From: Klebsormidium nitens
Lineage: Eukaryota; Plantae; Klebsormidiophyceae
NCBI GenBank assembly: GCA_000708835.1
Contig: DF236962.1
Span: 376,712 to 440,711, forward strand
DNA: 64,000 nucleotides
Direction: 5' to 3'
Shown: one piece after another, positions 36,753 to 50,400 of the stretch
Layout: the number at the start of each line of letters is the position of its first letter
Numbering within the stretch: the stretch's first letter is position 1
Made by a program: the position numbers and the translations under genes
Notes under the pieces: generated by a model
What the model saw: only the letters and a program-made list of their open reading frames with translations
Told to the model about the DNA's origin: nothing
The model's database searches: none

Positions 36753-37395
36753 GTCAAGCGCAATGCCCGGTACCTTAGTACACTCAAAGTTACAGCATTC
36801 CGCATGGACCGGAGTGGCTGCTTCAAGCAGTCACGTGTGCTAATGACACTTTTAAAGACACCACTTGAACGGCCTTGGAAGTCATAGACTTAGTCTAGTG
36901 CCTACCTGCCCGTGCTATAGCTGCAATGGACCTGCAAACCGCCATTTGCATTGCCATGGCCTTGAGGAAAGTCTTCACAAAGCTTCAAGTTCAGGCTTGA
37001 AGGCGAGCTAGGTGTGTGGTTCCGTTTCAATGAAGTTTCTGCGCTAGGCCGTCGGAATGCAGCGCGGCCGCACACTGCATTAACCGGCCGGCCGCGCGGC
37101 CGCGCTACAACTTTATAATCACAGCCAGGGTTTGACGGTTCACGCTCGCGCACGAACAGTTGTACAGTTCAGGTCCTGAATAATGACACCGTGGAGTTGT
37201 TCAGGGGGGGCAAATTGTGATTCTGCCGCTAACAGGGGGCCACCTGCAAAAACGGATCGAGGGAGGAAGAAAAAGCAGATGCTGCCCTCATCCCCATCCA
37301 GTTGAACAAAGTAGCCGGGTCCAATCAGATTTTGCCACCTGAGCATGCAAAACCGACGACGCAACAGACTTTCTAACCGTTTTGCATGTCCAATT

Positions 37396-37777
37396 GTACT
37401 TGCGATAGGGTAGGTACTCGCGAGCCTGTGCGCAACCGTCGTTGACTCCAATCTTCATTCCGGTACCTGCGTTGCAGTGTACAAGACAAGAGGTAGGTAC
37501 CGGCTCTCTGACAAAAGTTCGTTGTAGGTACCTGGTCCGTACGTGGGAACTTTCAAGGTACGGTACCTCGGATACCCTACTAAAAGTAAAAGTCTCATGT
37601 AACTAGGTAGGTAACTACCGGCCGGCGGTACCTAGAAGGGTGCATACCGCCAAAACTCAAGGCAGGGAGGTACAGACCAGGATGGAGAATAAGGTACGTA
37701 CCCAATACTAGCTTAAGTATATAGGTACCAATTTCGCGATGGGACTCATGTACCGTAATGTACAAGGTACTAGGTAC
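37396..37777. promoter_or_regulatory. Dense GTAC/GGTACC cluster in the divergent intergenic region between prmA and the ARM gene
   Basis: Manual count: 18 GTAC (7 as GGTACC) in ~380 bp versus ~1.5 expected. Regulatory function is an inference. Confidence 0.5.
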
Positions 37778-38423
37778 CTACTACTAGCCTTAGGTATCTA
37801 GATCAACACTCGATCAGCTCCTCAGGACCTCAAGTGCAAACGTACTGGAGCACCATTCCTAGGGTTCCCGCCTTCTTGTTGGATGATCAGCACATTCCTA
37901 CTTGCCCAGGCTGAAGCTGCATCACATCGCCTAGCCTGCCCTTGGCATGGGTATGGAAAGAAGTATCTGTGTGCAGCAAAAGCGCTCGCGTGGAACTGCT
38001 CCTTCCGCTGCACGATGAGGTGGTGGGTCGTCCATGAGAAATCCATGCTGCAAGTGGCAAAAGCATGAGCTCCTCACGCTCTTTGCCACCTTCTCTTCGA
38101 GGAAAGAAGGGCAATTCTTATGGCACATAGCTCTGCAGCTGTTGCAAGGGCCTAGATGCAGGGAGTAAATGCACTACTATCCTGATTGACAAGCGAAGAG
38201 CTTCAGGCCAAGCAATAATGTAGCATTCGTGGGAATTGGACTGACCGCTCCTACCGAGTTCAACAATTGGACCAAACACCGGACTTTCTTCCCAGTTGTA
38301 CAGCTGAGGGCAGCTGGTAAACTGCCACTGCTTAACTTAAGTCTTAAGGGCAGCTTAGGCAGGATGGGAGTAGGAGCTGGAGGGCGTGGCTGCTGAGCAC
38401 TGGGGCAGGGCGCAGGTGCCAGC

Positions 38424-41400
38424 ATGGACCCACGCTACCAGATGATGAGGGGTCAGGGTGCGGGGCACCCGCTTCTGGAGTTTCCTAGTGACGATGAGCT
38501 CAGGGCAGGGACGTCCTCAGAAGGGATGATGCCAGAGGTGGCACACAACCTTGTTGACCCTTCGCTTTACATGGTGAGCCTGGTGGCACATTCTAAAGTT
38601 GTCATGTTTTTCTCCTCTGAGTATTTTGTTGATCAAGTGGTCAAAGGCTTCGCTTTTCGCCTTTCCCTTTTGTGCGCTGCATGTTGACTAGTGCTACCAG
38701 GCTCCATCAGGCAGCTTAAGCATGTGCATAGAAGGCTTCGAGGAAATGAAAGCGTCAAAATGGTAAGCTGCGGTAAAGTTGGTGGATTAAGTTTTTGCTA
38801 GTTTGCTAGAGGTTGCTTTTTAATCTTCGACGCACTCCTAGTTGTGGCAAGGGCCTTGTAATCTCCCATGCAATCTGTCAGCATGCCTCTCTAGCATAGT
38901 AATCCGACCTTACAATGTATTTCGCTGTGTACCACAACGAGTCCGAAGCATACCACCTCAAAATTTTGGAGGGGTATGCCAAATAAGCATGCACAGGCAG
39001 ACTTCAATAAGGGTTTAAAAGGCTCCTTGGCCAAATGGCACTTGCAGACTATGACAGATACTACAAAAACCCTCCGTCTTTGCAACGTATCAGAATGACA
39101 CGGCCAGACTCAAGGTCTTGGAAACTTGAGAGGTTTTGCACCTGGCCTTGACGAAAATGATGTATTCAGGACCTTGCAGAGGCTAGAAGTCACACGTAAC
39201 CAGCTGCTTCACTGAGGTGCAAGGGCAGAATTGCAGTGGAAGCTTCTTACTTTTGCTTCCTCTTCACTAATTCGCCCGCACATCATATAGTCTTTCGCGC
39301 TCTAGAAGCCTGCTTAGACAGAAGCTTCGTCATGCACGGGGTGAGCCATGGAGTAGGATGAGAAGGAAAGAAACAGCTGCGCTTCCGCCAGACCATTCGA
39401 AGCGGCGCTAGTCAAGCCATGCTAATATCAAACATCGCCTGTTGCAGCCCTAACAAAGCCCTGGTTTAAGAGAGCCTACTTGCCCGTGACCCCAGGGATC
39501 CCCAACTAGGATGCAAAATCTACATTCACTGGGGCCCTGCTAAAAAGCAAAGCTTCTTGACATACAGGAGGCGGCTCAGCTGCACGACCCCACATTCCAC
39601 CCGCAAGCCATGTTCAACCCCGAGAGCCCCTTCCACCAACTTCTCCCTAACAGTCCCGCTCCTGGAAATGGCGCCCTCCTCCCTGCCGAGTACTTTGACT
39701 CTCTGCTGAACGCCTATGGCGTTGGGTTGGACCCCCGCCAAATGGCCGAGGCACGCTTGCAGTCCCAAGGGGGGCGGCAGTCAAACCCAGCCGCATTTCT
39801 TCATGACGGGGGACTTGACGTGCTGGCTGCGGAGACCCCCCGGGACGGAAACACCTTCCCAGGGGGTTTCGGCCACCCGGGTAGCAACTCCCCAGTTGAC
39901 ATGTACGGCGCACTCCAGCGCTTTGCTGCCAGCTTTGCCACCTCCCAGGGGGGTTTGGGGGCCCCTGTGGCAACCCCCCGTCAACTGGCCGCGGAGGAGC
40001 CGTCCCCATACCCCCCCCCAAGGGGGATGGAAATGAACTACACTACTCTCGGCCACTTTCCCGAGGCCGACGGGGCATCACACGGCAGGACAAGCCAGCC
40101 CCCGGAGCAGGGGTTCAATTCGCGGGTGCTGACGTCAGCGGCGTGCATCACTGCGATGATCCAGAAGCTGCGGAGTCCTGAGGACGGTGTGAGAAGGGAG
40201 GCGATGCAAGCAATTAGAATGTGGGCCGGGTCTAGTCTGCTGCACCAGAGAGCCGTGGCGGCAGCGGGGGCTATCCCCCCTTTGGTGGACGTGCTGAGGA
40301 CTCCGAGCAGCACAGTTGTAAGTGTCTCACTGTGCAGCAAACGCACTGCTTCGGCTTGCGCTTTGAGTTTTTCAGGTTTTTTGGTGGAAAGGACTTGATG
40401 AGAACGTATTTCAACAATTGAACGTTTTGTTGTTTGACTGAGGCTTAGAGTAACTTTCTTTCTTCTTCCCTGAGCTTATGAATAGCGTTTCTGGAGACCT
40501 TCAGGGACTCCACTGTTTATCAAGTGTCAAAGGGTGGGGATTAGAATGCTTGCAGAAATGGAAAGCATATTCTAGCAATGCGGACTAGTCCTCTATACCT
40601 CACCGCACGCACACATTGACTCGAGTCACAAGCCTTGTCATGGGTGTCGTGCTGCCAGGGTTTTGTCTTTCTCACCGCATAGGCAGTCAGAAGCTGGTCT
40701 AGGCTGATACCAGGGCACAGACCTCAATCAGCCTCCCCTGCTTTCAATGGCATACGTATACCCAGTCCCGATGAAGTTCCATACGTTTGGAGGCCGTTTT
40801 TCAGTCCTCACTTTATTTCGCTAACCCCATTCCCTCCACTCCATTCCCTCCACAGGTCTGGGTGGAAGCCGCTCAGACTCTAGCCAGCTTAGCAATCAAC
40901 AACGAGGAAAATAAAGCGTCGATTGGGTTAGCGGGCGCAATCCCCCCCTTGGTTAATCTGCTGGGGCTTCCAAGCCGGGAAGCAAGGGAGGCGGCGGTCG
41001 GAGGTCTCAGCTGCTTGGCTCGAAATGAGCATAACAAGCAGGCAATCATGGACGCAGGTGAGTGGCCAGCTTTAAACGTGTGGACTTTGACGGATGCTGA
41101 GCAGGCGCCAGATCTTGCTCTCCAGAGAAGGACTGGAAGCTGATTGAGGGTATACATGTGAAGGGGAGTCCGCTTACTCAGGGATGGTGCTGGCATTGCA
41201 AGGATTGAAGAATGGCCTGGAGTGGGCTCAAAGAGCGCTTTGTCGTGTGATGCCGAGATATACAGCTTTTCCCAGGGGCTAAATGAAATAGCACGCGCAG
41301 ATTGCGGTGTTGTGGATTCCAGTTGTGCTAATGGGGGAATTATGGGAGAATGTTTTAGAACACCGTACTTAGCCGTATCTGAAAGAGAGTCATATGCTTA

Positions 41401-44400
41401 TGTTTGAAGAAAGAGAGCCAAGAAAAAGGCAGAGAATGAGGAAGGATTGTCCTTCAGGAGGATTTCAAGCAAGATGGAGGGAACTGGCACAGTCATGGCG
41501 TCAGAAAAGCGCCATTCGAGAGATATGTCGAGCTTTTCATGGGTCAGGGCTTATCAAGATACGGAGATTCATGCTGATGGAGCGCTCTTTATTAACGCGT
41601 CTTGTAGGTGCTGTCACGGGGCTGGTACGCATGCTGACCGACGGGGACAACAACAGCGAGTTTGGGCGCGAGGCAGCGGCAAACGTGCTCGCCAAGCTTG
41701 CGGTAAGGGGGCCAGAGACCGTCGCCTAGTTTATCCCGGAATTCTGTGTCCTAGTGACTAGCAATAGGCTTCCTTCAGGTTTGACTTCTCATCTCATGTT
41801 ATGCATCGTTGCACGTGACCCGCAGAGCAATTATATAGCCCAATTTAAAAACATTCAAGCAATCTTTGTGACATTGGATTGACCAGCCACTTCGATCAAA
41901 GCAGCTAGACTTTTGGCTGCCCATTGCTATTCGTTTGATGTGGGCGCATGTTCTGGGCAGTTGCTGCCAATCTGAGGCCAGATTTGTAAGCAACAGAACG
42001 AATTTGCGTGTGTGGATTGCGTATGAAGGTAGAGGCGATGTTGGTGGCAGAAGAAGTAAGAGTTATTTGAAGTTTGATTGGTACTTATGAGTGGGCTTGA
42101 GCGGTCCTGATCTGCGGAAACGCGTGAAAAGAAGCCGCTGATCCAGACCAATCTTGAGGCGCCTTTCTTTTCTTCTCTTTTCTCATCGGAAAGTGCTCGA
42201 ATCCAAAATGAAGCTTGATATTAAGCCTGCTGGTCGTAACCCCGCAGGTGGAGAACGACGCAAATAAAAAGGCGATTGGGCAGTACGGTGCAATTCCGTT
42301 CCTGATCCGGATGGTGGAGCACGGGTCCGCCAAAGAACAGGAAGTGGCGGCCGGGGCGCTTGCTAATCTTATTCAGGTGAGACCCAAATCAAGCAATCCA
42401 GACTGGGATGTTCGGCACTAATCCAATGTGTGCCGCAAACTTAGGAATGACACTGCCATACTATCTGGCTATTTCACTCTCTGGAAGAGCGGGCTTTTCT
42501 TCATTACAGTCAGTTCTTCTGGCACTTTCAATTGATAGGGAGAGCGGCTACTTTACGGGTCCACGACAGACACACAACATTTCCGAAGCGCCCGACCGAA
42601 AGCTACTCTCGAACTTAAACCTCAAGGTTTCACATGCTGATCTCGAAATAACTTCTGGTTTGCAGGACCCGCAAAACGCGCTGGAGCTCGTCGGCGCGGG
42701 GGGCGTGGAGGCGCTGTCCGAACTTTTGGACTGTCCGTGGGAGGGGGCGCGCCAGGCGGCGTCGGCTGCGCTGACGCAAGTCAGCGTGCACGAGGCCAAG
42801 TGGAACGAGGAGTTCAACCTGCTGCAAGCACAGGGGCTCGAGGTGGGAGCTGGAGCTGCCACGTTGACGTGTGGGCTTGAGGGTTCAGGCTTGTTTCGCT
42901 GTCGATTTGGTTGGAAGGGGGGCTCGAAGAATGTTCACCGGAACGAGAATGTGGGTCTGCTGCAAACAGTGGGGCTGGGAGATGATCTCCGCATCACAGT
43001 AGGCTGAAATCTAAGTTACCTGTTTGAGAGGTAATTCCTGTCAAGGGGTCTGACGCTTTCTCGTGTTATATTCTCGTCAATATTAATTTCGAACTTGCAT
43101 GCCGTTCCCTCCGACTTCCTCATGGGAAGCCCCACAGCCCGCCTTGATCACATAGCGAAAGCGTTTGTCGAGTTCTTTGATGGATTGCGGGACAAGAAAT
43201 TCCGGTCTGGTCATTCTGAACCCCGCCCTTGACCCGGAATTGTCAATTCTGCAGGACGGCCTGCAACCAGTCGACGACGAGGACGAGCTCACTATGGACG
43301 AGGTGCGTGCCGCTGAGGAAATCCTCCGCAACGCCATCAACGATAACGGGGGGGAGGAAGACGAGGACGATGTGCCCCCCGAAGCGGAACCCCCGGCAAC
43401 CGATGAGGTAGGAGGGGAGCGGGGAGAAGAGGAGGACCAGCCGGATGACGTCAGCATCAGCGAGGCGGAGAGCTCGGACGAGGACGTGCCGCTGGTGAAG
43501 AGACGGGGCGCGGTGACGTCACAGGCGGCGTCGGCGAGAGCGGCTGACGTCGTCGAGGGCGTCGCTGACATCACCAAGGAGGGGAGAGAGCCCCCGGAGG
43601 ACGTTCCGCTGGCGATGCGGTTCCGGGTTCCGTTGGAGGAGGCGGGGGCGGCGCGGCGGCGGAAGGGGGCCAAGAAGCAGGGGCGGAAACAGGGGAGGAA
43701 GAAGCGAGTGGTGAAAATTCCGGAAAAGGGGGGGGCAGACTTGGTTGCGGAGGAGGGACAGGAAAAGATTGCCGCGGAGGGGGGGGGAGAAGCGAAGCTT
43801 GCAGAGGGGGGGGCGGAAGCGAGCGTTGCAGAGGCGAGCGAGCAGTCGTCAGAGGAGGACGTTCCGCTGGGCATGCGGAAACGAGTGATGTCGGAGGAAG
43901 ATCTGCCGATCTTGGCAAAGGGGCTGAAGCCTCTAGTTCTGGACGAGAGCATTCCGCTGGGGGTGGGGGTGGCGCGCGCGCCGAAGCGGCGGAAGCTGGA
44001 GCTGCGGCGCGCGGGGTCGGGTGACGTCAGCAGCCGGGACGGGTCCGAGAGCGAGCGCCCGAAGCGGAAGCGCCGCCGGGCTTCAGTGGCAGAGAGGTGG
44101 GGCTCGGGCTTTTGTTCTTCTCTCCTTTTTAAAGAATGCTTTTGATCTGTAGCATCTTCTCAAAAAGAGCTGACTGGCGCGTGCCGAACCAATCGAGATT
44201 GAGGCGTTGAAAGAGGAAGCAAACGGACGGCCTGTTCGTGGTGAGGGCGATAGGCAAGCCCTTGGACCGCATGCCGCTTAGACTTGCTCCGTCTGGAACA
44301 AGACCTTGCAGATCAACAAAGCCCGTAAGCTATTTCTGGATAGCCCAGCCGTTAAAGCGCCTACGTTTTGTGCCAGGCAATATAACTGCTTCGTGCCAGT

Positions 44401-47400
44401 ACTTCGGTCGCGAAGCCTCACAAACTCTACGTGATTGCTGACGAATGTTCTCGATATCTTACTCTAGGTGGGACTCGGAGGAGCGCGCTTCGGCGGACCC
44501 GTTGGACGAGGAACCGGCGATCCGGGCGGCTTTACACTCCCCTGTGCAAGCGACGATGACGGAACTCCTCGGAATGGAGGACCCCCCAGAGGGAGCGTTT
44601 GAGGATGCGCTAGCCGGGGAAGGCCACGTGACCGAGAAGGGCAGCTTAGACGAGGCGCTGTTACCCCCCGGAAAGGAAGAAGAGGGATCAGATCCGGCAG
44701 GGTGGGATGTCGTTCGGTCGCCGGACGACGAGACGGAGAGCCCCGAAAAGGAGAAGAAGCGGCGACGGGGGTCCAAGAAACGCGCGAAGCCGATGCAGCC
44801 GCCGCTCAAAGTGTCGGCGGACGTCCTCCGGAAGCCGGAACTCCAGCTTTCCGTTCCGGAGTTCTCGGCGGAAAAGGCGGACGCGGAGACGGCGCAGTGC
44901 GACTGCATCGGCGCGACGGCGGGGGTACACAACGGGGACTGCCAGTTCAGGAGCCCGGTCGGCAAGCCCCCCCAGAGCAGCGCGGCGCACATCCTCGCGT
45001 CCGGGGGGAGTGCGGCGAAACCAGAACCGGCAAAACCGAAGGCCCCCTTGGCGGCAGGACTCAGCCGCTTGATCGTCGCCTTCGCAGCCGGGTTGAACTC
45101 GACCCCGCCCCCCCTCCCCCCAATGCAGCCGCTCCGAGAGCCCGGTCGAAAGCCCCGGGGGCGGACCGGAAAGCTCCGGCCGGCGGCCGCTGTCCCCGAC
45201 CCCCCCCCTGCGGTGCCCGGGCTCCAGCAAGGCCTCCCCGCGCTCATGGGAATGCTCCGGAGCACCAGCTTGGAGTCCCAAGAGTTTGGCTGCCTGACGG
45301 TCGCACTGTTAGCGGTTCAGGGGGGGGACGCCGCCAAGCGGAACATGGTCGAGGGGGGTATCGTGCCCGCCCTGATTTCGATCGTGCGCAGCGCGGAAGC
45401 CGGCCGCGTCTCGCAGCTTCTACGAGGGGGGGGCTTCTTCCCGCTTGCTGGGAAGGGGGGCCAGGTTCCGGGCCAGTCCGCTCTGGGCGGGGGGACGACC
45501 GTCAACGGAAGGCCGCGGAAGCGGCGGAACGCCTTCACGAACGTTGGCGCGGACGGCTTCTCTCGCCCCCCACCGGAAGGCACCTCCCCCGCCCCCGCCC
45601 GGTTACTCGGCCCTGATCTACTCCCCCCGTCCACAAATTACCAGGGCGGGGGAGGCTTCCAACCTGCTACGGGGGGGTTCTCAGGCCCGGACCTCCTTCC
45701 CCCCGGGACGCACACCTTGCAGCAGAGCCTTGGACCGCCCAGCGCGGCAGCCGCGGCGGCGCGCCACATCGGCCTGGATCTGCTTCCCCCCGGAACGAGT
45801 GTGACGCAGTTTGGGCCGTCGGGAGTGCGCTACCGCCTGCCGGTGAACGCCATGCTGAACCGAAACGGGGGGGTGAAAAAGGCGGAGCATCACCCCGGGG
45901 GCCCGAACGTGCCCGGTAGAATGCTTCCGGGGGGTAAGCTTTTGAAGCCGAAAGCGGAGCCGACGGTTCGGGAGGCGGGGGTGGGAACCGGGGCGTTCTT
46001 TCCGGTGGCCGGGGATGCGAAGAGACGGGTCGGGCCTATTCACCTAGTAAGCAAGCAACCGGTACAAAGCCCCGGCTGGACTTCCAGCCAACCGCAGTCT
46101 ATCGAGGGCACAGCGCAAGCAAGGGGAAGTGCCCCGAGCGAGAACGGCGTTGGGCCTAACGGAACGCAAAGTGAGCGTTCGCGCTCCCCCGAGCAGTCGC
46201 AGATTGTTCAAAGCAACCCGGGTTCTTTGACAGGGGCAGATCCGGCGCCTCTGACAGAGAGTGCGGAAGTAAAGGTGCCAAACGCGGCCGAAGTTGTAGA
46301 TTTGACGAAGGAAGCGGCGGCTACAGATGAAAACTCGGAAAAGAAGACAGGATCTGATCAAATCGTTGCGGCGGCAACGATCGAGGCGTCGCCCGGAGTG
46401 GAAAACGGGGAAGTGTCTGAACAGCCCACAGCAGCTTTAAGAGACGGTGCAGGGGTCGGTGAACAGCCGACAGAAGGTACTAACGTTAGATCGACGGTAG
46501 CACAGAGCACTGCTTCGGACAGCGGAGTCTCTCAGCCTGCAAATGCCCCCGTTGCACGGCCCGAGGTCGCAAGTGAGCTTCTACCTGAAGCGTCGACTGC
46601 CGGAGAAAAAGCGGAACTAGAACGGAGCGCGGTGAAGACGGACATAGAGACAGATGGTTCGGAGAGCTCACAACAGCAGACAGCAGAGAAGCCGACAAAC
46701 GGAATAAGCGCACAAGGAAGTGCGCAAACAACGGGGACTGTGGCTGATGCGGAAGGACTGACAGCACAGCAAGCGACGGTCGAAGGGACAGTCCCCGAAA
46801 CGGAAGTCGAGACGGTACCGGAATCTGCAAAGGAGAGCGCAATTCCCGAGCGAGAAGGTGATGTTGAGGAAAACATAGCGGCCTCCAATGAAGCCTCGAC
46901 GGGCCCCGATGACGTCACAGCCCCTCAGAATGACGTCGAGTTGAGAGAACCTTCAAACCCTTCCGAAGAGATCACAGCGGCCGTTGATCCCGCCCCGGCC
47001 GCAACAGATCAAATCACGGCAGCCGTCGATCAGGCTGCGGCGCCAGACCCTGCAGGGGAGTCCCCGTCAGCCCCCCCGTCAAACCTTCCGTCGAATACCG
47101 CCGTCTCGAGCGGCTCCGATGCCGTCCCGGCATGGGACGGCTCTCAGTCTTTGATCCCCCGGGCGCTTTCCACCAACGCCTTTTCTCAGGCTCTTGCCAG
47201 CGCGTCAGAGTCCCCTCCGGAGTCCCCTGACAAAGCAAACCCGAGACACCTGGCGGCGCTCGCACGCATCGCGGCCGCCAATGCGCTCTCGACCCTGTGC
47301 GTCGGCAACCCCGCGGGAAAGGACGCCGCGGTCCGCGCCGGGGGGGTCCAGGCGCTCGCAATCATGGCCGCGCTCGCGCAGGGCGAGGCGTCGTCCAATA

Positions 47401-50400
47401 CGCCGTCCGAAAAGCCGCGCGAGTCGTCCGAAACGCGCGCGGAAGCGTCCGAATTGCTCGCGGAGGCGTCCGATCTCAGCGAGAAGGCGTCCGAACGCGC
47501 GATAGAGGCGTCCGAAAGGCGACCGAACGCGTCCGGAAGACGGCCTGAGTCGAAGCGCGCGCGAGGCGCGCGAAACGCGGAGCGCGCGGCCGCCCTTAGT
47601 GCGCTCACGAGCTTAGCGCTGTCGGACGGCCCGCAGAAGCAAAGGATGTCGTCTGCGACGGCGGTGCCGTGGGTGGCAAAAATGATGGAGGGAGCGGACG
47701 CTCTAGAGGTTGCCGCGGGGGCAGGAGGACTGCAGGTAAGCCTTCCGAGTTTCTCGGCGATGCTCCTTTCTGCAAATTGTCGTCTCTATCCACAGGCGTC
47801 TGGGCATTGTCCAGATTGTTGCTGACAAGAAAAAGACCCGTTGGGTCAGGGCCTCAACAAAATGTCCTTCTGTGTTGGCATGTCTTGTCACTTGTCTTGC
47901 AAATTAGAATCTTATATGCAAGTACTAGCTAGTGCCTTGACGTCAAGAGCAAACTTCGAATATGTAGCTTCTTCAACGAGATTCATCGCAGAGCCTTTAT
48001 TCTCTGAACGCGTGAGGTGTTGTTAGCATCTTTGTCGTCTCGTTAAAGCTCTTCTGCTCTGCTTCTTTGACTTCACTTGCTGTTCATTTCCCAGCACTTC
48101 TTTACCTCCACTGAAATCCATCCTTCGTTTATACTTCTTGACGGCTGAACTTGCAAAGGAGCAAAGAAGACATGTAGAACCGCTGTTCGGCTTTGCCTTT
48201 AAATTAATGCTCCCCATCTTGCAGTCGATTGCGGCGAGCCTAGACTTGGAAAAGATGGACGAACCCGCCGTTTCCCAAGACGCCAAAGTTTCCGCTGCCA
48301 AGCACATGCCTCTCGAGCTCGCCTTCACTCTGATGGAGCTCATCGCGGGGGGGGCTCCCGAGACCAGAAGCGCCGCGATCCAAGCGCTCGCGTCGTTCCT
48401 GATCGTGCGCCAAGATTTGGCCTCCAAGCTGGGAGGGTTTGGGGGTTTGGGCGGCGCGTACTTCGGCCTCCACGAGCAGCTGCGCCAGGCGGGGCGCGCG
48501 GGCGCGCGCGCGCTCCTGTCGCTCCTGGGCACGCGCTCGGACGCCGCGGTGCGCGAGTCGGCGGTGGCGGCGGTCGCGGCCGCGGCCGCGGGCTCGCGGC
48601 GACTGTTGGGCTGGTTGGAGGAGGAAGGGGTCGCCCCTGCACTGATGGGCATTTTCCGAAGCGGGGGCGATGAGTTGATGCGCGCGCTGGTTCTTGCGGC
48701 GGCGTTCAATGTGGGCGCGCTTAAGGGGAAGCTTACCGGGATGGGCGGGGAGGACGTCCGGTCTCTGGTGGAGTACTTGAAGACGGAACCGGAAACTCCG
48801 GAAGGGGTTCCTGAGGACGTTGTGGCTAAAGTGGAGGTTGGGGCGGGGACGATTGGAGGGGAGTCCAAGGAGAAAGAGCAGGAGCGAAAGGAAGGAGCTG
48901 GGGTGAAACTAGAGATGGTGGAAAGTGGCTTGGGGCAAGAGGCGGAAAAGCTGGTTGCTTCAACCGAGTCAAGGAATGACGCAAAAGCGGATGGGGTCGA
49001 TTCAGCAGAAGCGGTTGGTGTTTCGGATGGTGAGCGGACTCGGGGGGTGAGAAACGCAGACGGGGCGGGCGTAGAAGAAGGGGAGAAGGGGAATACTTTG
49101 AACGGGCCGGAACCGACGGAGAAAAGTGGGGACGCAAGCGTCGAAGCTACGGTCTCAAGCGTGGAGCAAAGAAGCGAGGTTATGGACAAGGGGAAAAACG
49201 CGCCTCCAGAAACGGTCGCAGCAGAATCGATAGAGTGCGCTGCAACGGATCCGGGGGCGGCTTCTCCCGCCAGTCCCGAAGTTTCAGAAGCGAAAGGCGA
49301 GGAGGCGTCAGTCGTGGAGCCGCCACGTGTCGCCTCTCCAGAATCGAAGGGCGAGGAGGCGTCAGTGGTGGAGCCGACACATGTCGCCCCTACACTGAAG
49401 ACATGTAAAGTCGAACCAGAAGATGGAGCGCTCAACCCGCCGGAGAGTGCGACGCCTTCTGATCCGACTTCACCACAAGCGGAGAAGCATTCTGATCTTG
49501 TTGCGGAAAGCGGCCACGTGGCAAGCCCTTCGTCCGACGCCGCGGGACCTTCCGATGAAACACCTAGGGAACCGCCAGTAGCCGCAGAAATGACGTCAGC
49601 AACGGGAGCAACGAGTGCCTCTGCCGAACAGCCAGCCGCATTGGAACTGGATGAAGCGAAGGAGGTCGTTCCTGCAACGAATGACGTCACCGCCGTGGTG
49701 GCTCGTCCGGAAGCACACGTGGCAGCCGTCGAGGAGGCCCACGTGGCTCCGAGCCCCAAACCCCCAAACCCCGCGACGCCCTACGACCACGCGGCCGGCG
49801 TACTCGTTTACGCGGCGCTCGGGTGCGACGCCAACGGGCACCTTGCGCTGGTCGGCGCCGGGGGGATCCCCCTCATCATGAAAGTCCTAACCAAAAAGGG
49901 TTGGGGTTTGGATGGGCCCGCTAGAGAGGCGGCCGCCGCGGCGCTAATGATGCTGGCGGCGTCGAGCGAACAGACTTCCCGGGAAATCCGGGCGGCCGGG
50001 GGAGTGGCGCCGTTGGTGAAGATTTTGGGAGCGCAGGCGGGGGGGAGCGTAACCGGGGGAAAGGTGTGGGGGGAGAAAGAGGCGGCTGCGGCGGCGTTGG
50101 TTGTGCTCGCTGGTGAGAACTGTTCCACTGCAGCTGCACTAGTTTACTACTGGATTTTACTCTGGCAACCCTTGTTTGATCTTAGACGCGTGTGACTAAG
50201 ATAGGCGCCCGGGAGACGGGTGGGGTAGGTAGGGTAGATTGGGGTGCGGAGCATGTGATGATCTTGGTTGGGGTTTTGAGTCTGTGTGCCTGGGTAGCTT
50301 GAATGTTAATCCACTTAGGTATCACGAGAGTTGCCAGTATCTGTTTTTCATTGTTCTACTGCGCGTTCAGCTTCTGTACTGTTGTGTACTGCTGTAGCCA

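Noticed and set aside
47796-47825. Short terminal exon after a CACAG acceptor in the ARM gene
   Set aside because: Gives a stop after 9 codons, whereas the acceptor at 48224 continues the ARM repeat in phase; cannot be fully excluded as an alternative end.
48023-49759. 578-aa minus-strand ORF (also 43083-43952, 44459-45265 and similar)
   Set aside because: Antisense shadows of GC-rich ARM exons; Ser/Ala/Pro-rich with no motifs or splice logic, while the plus frame carries ARM repeats.
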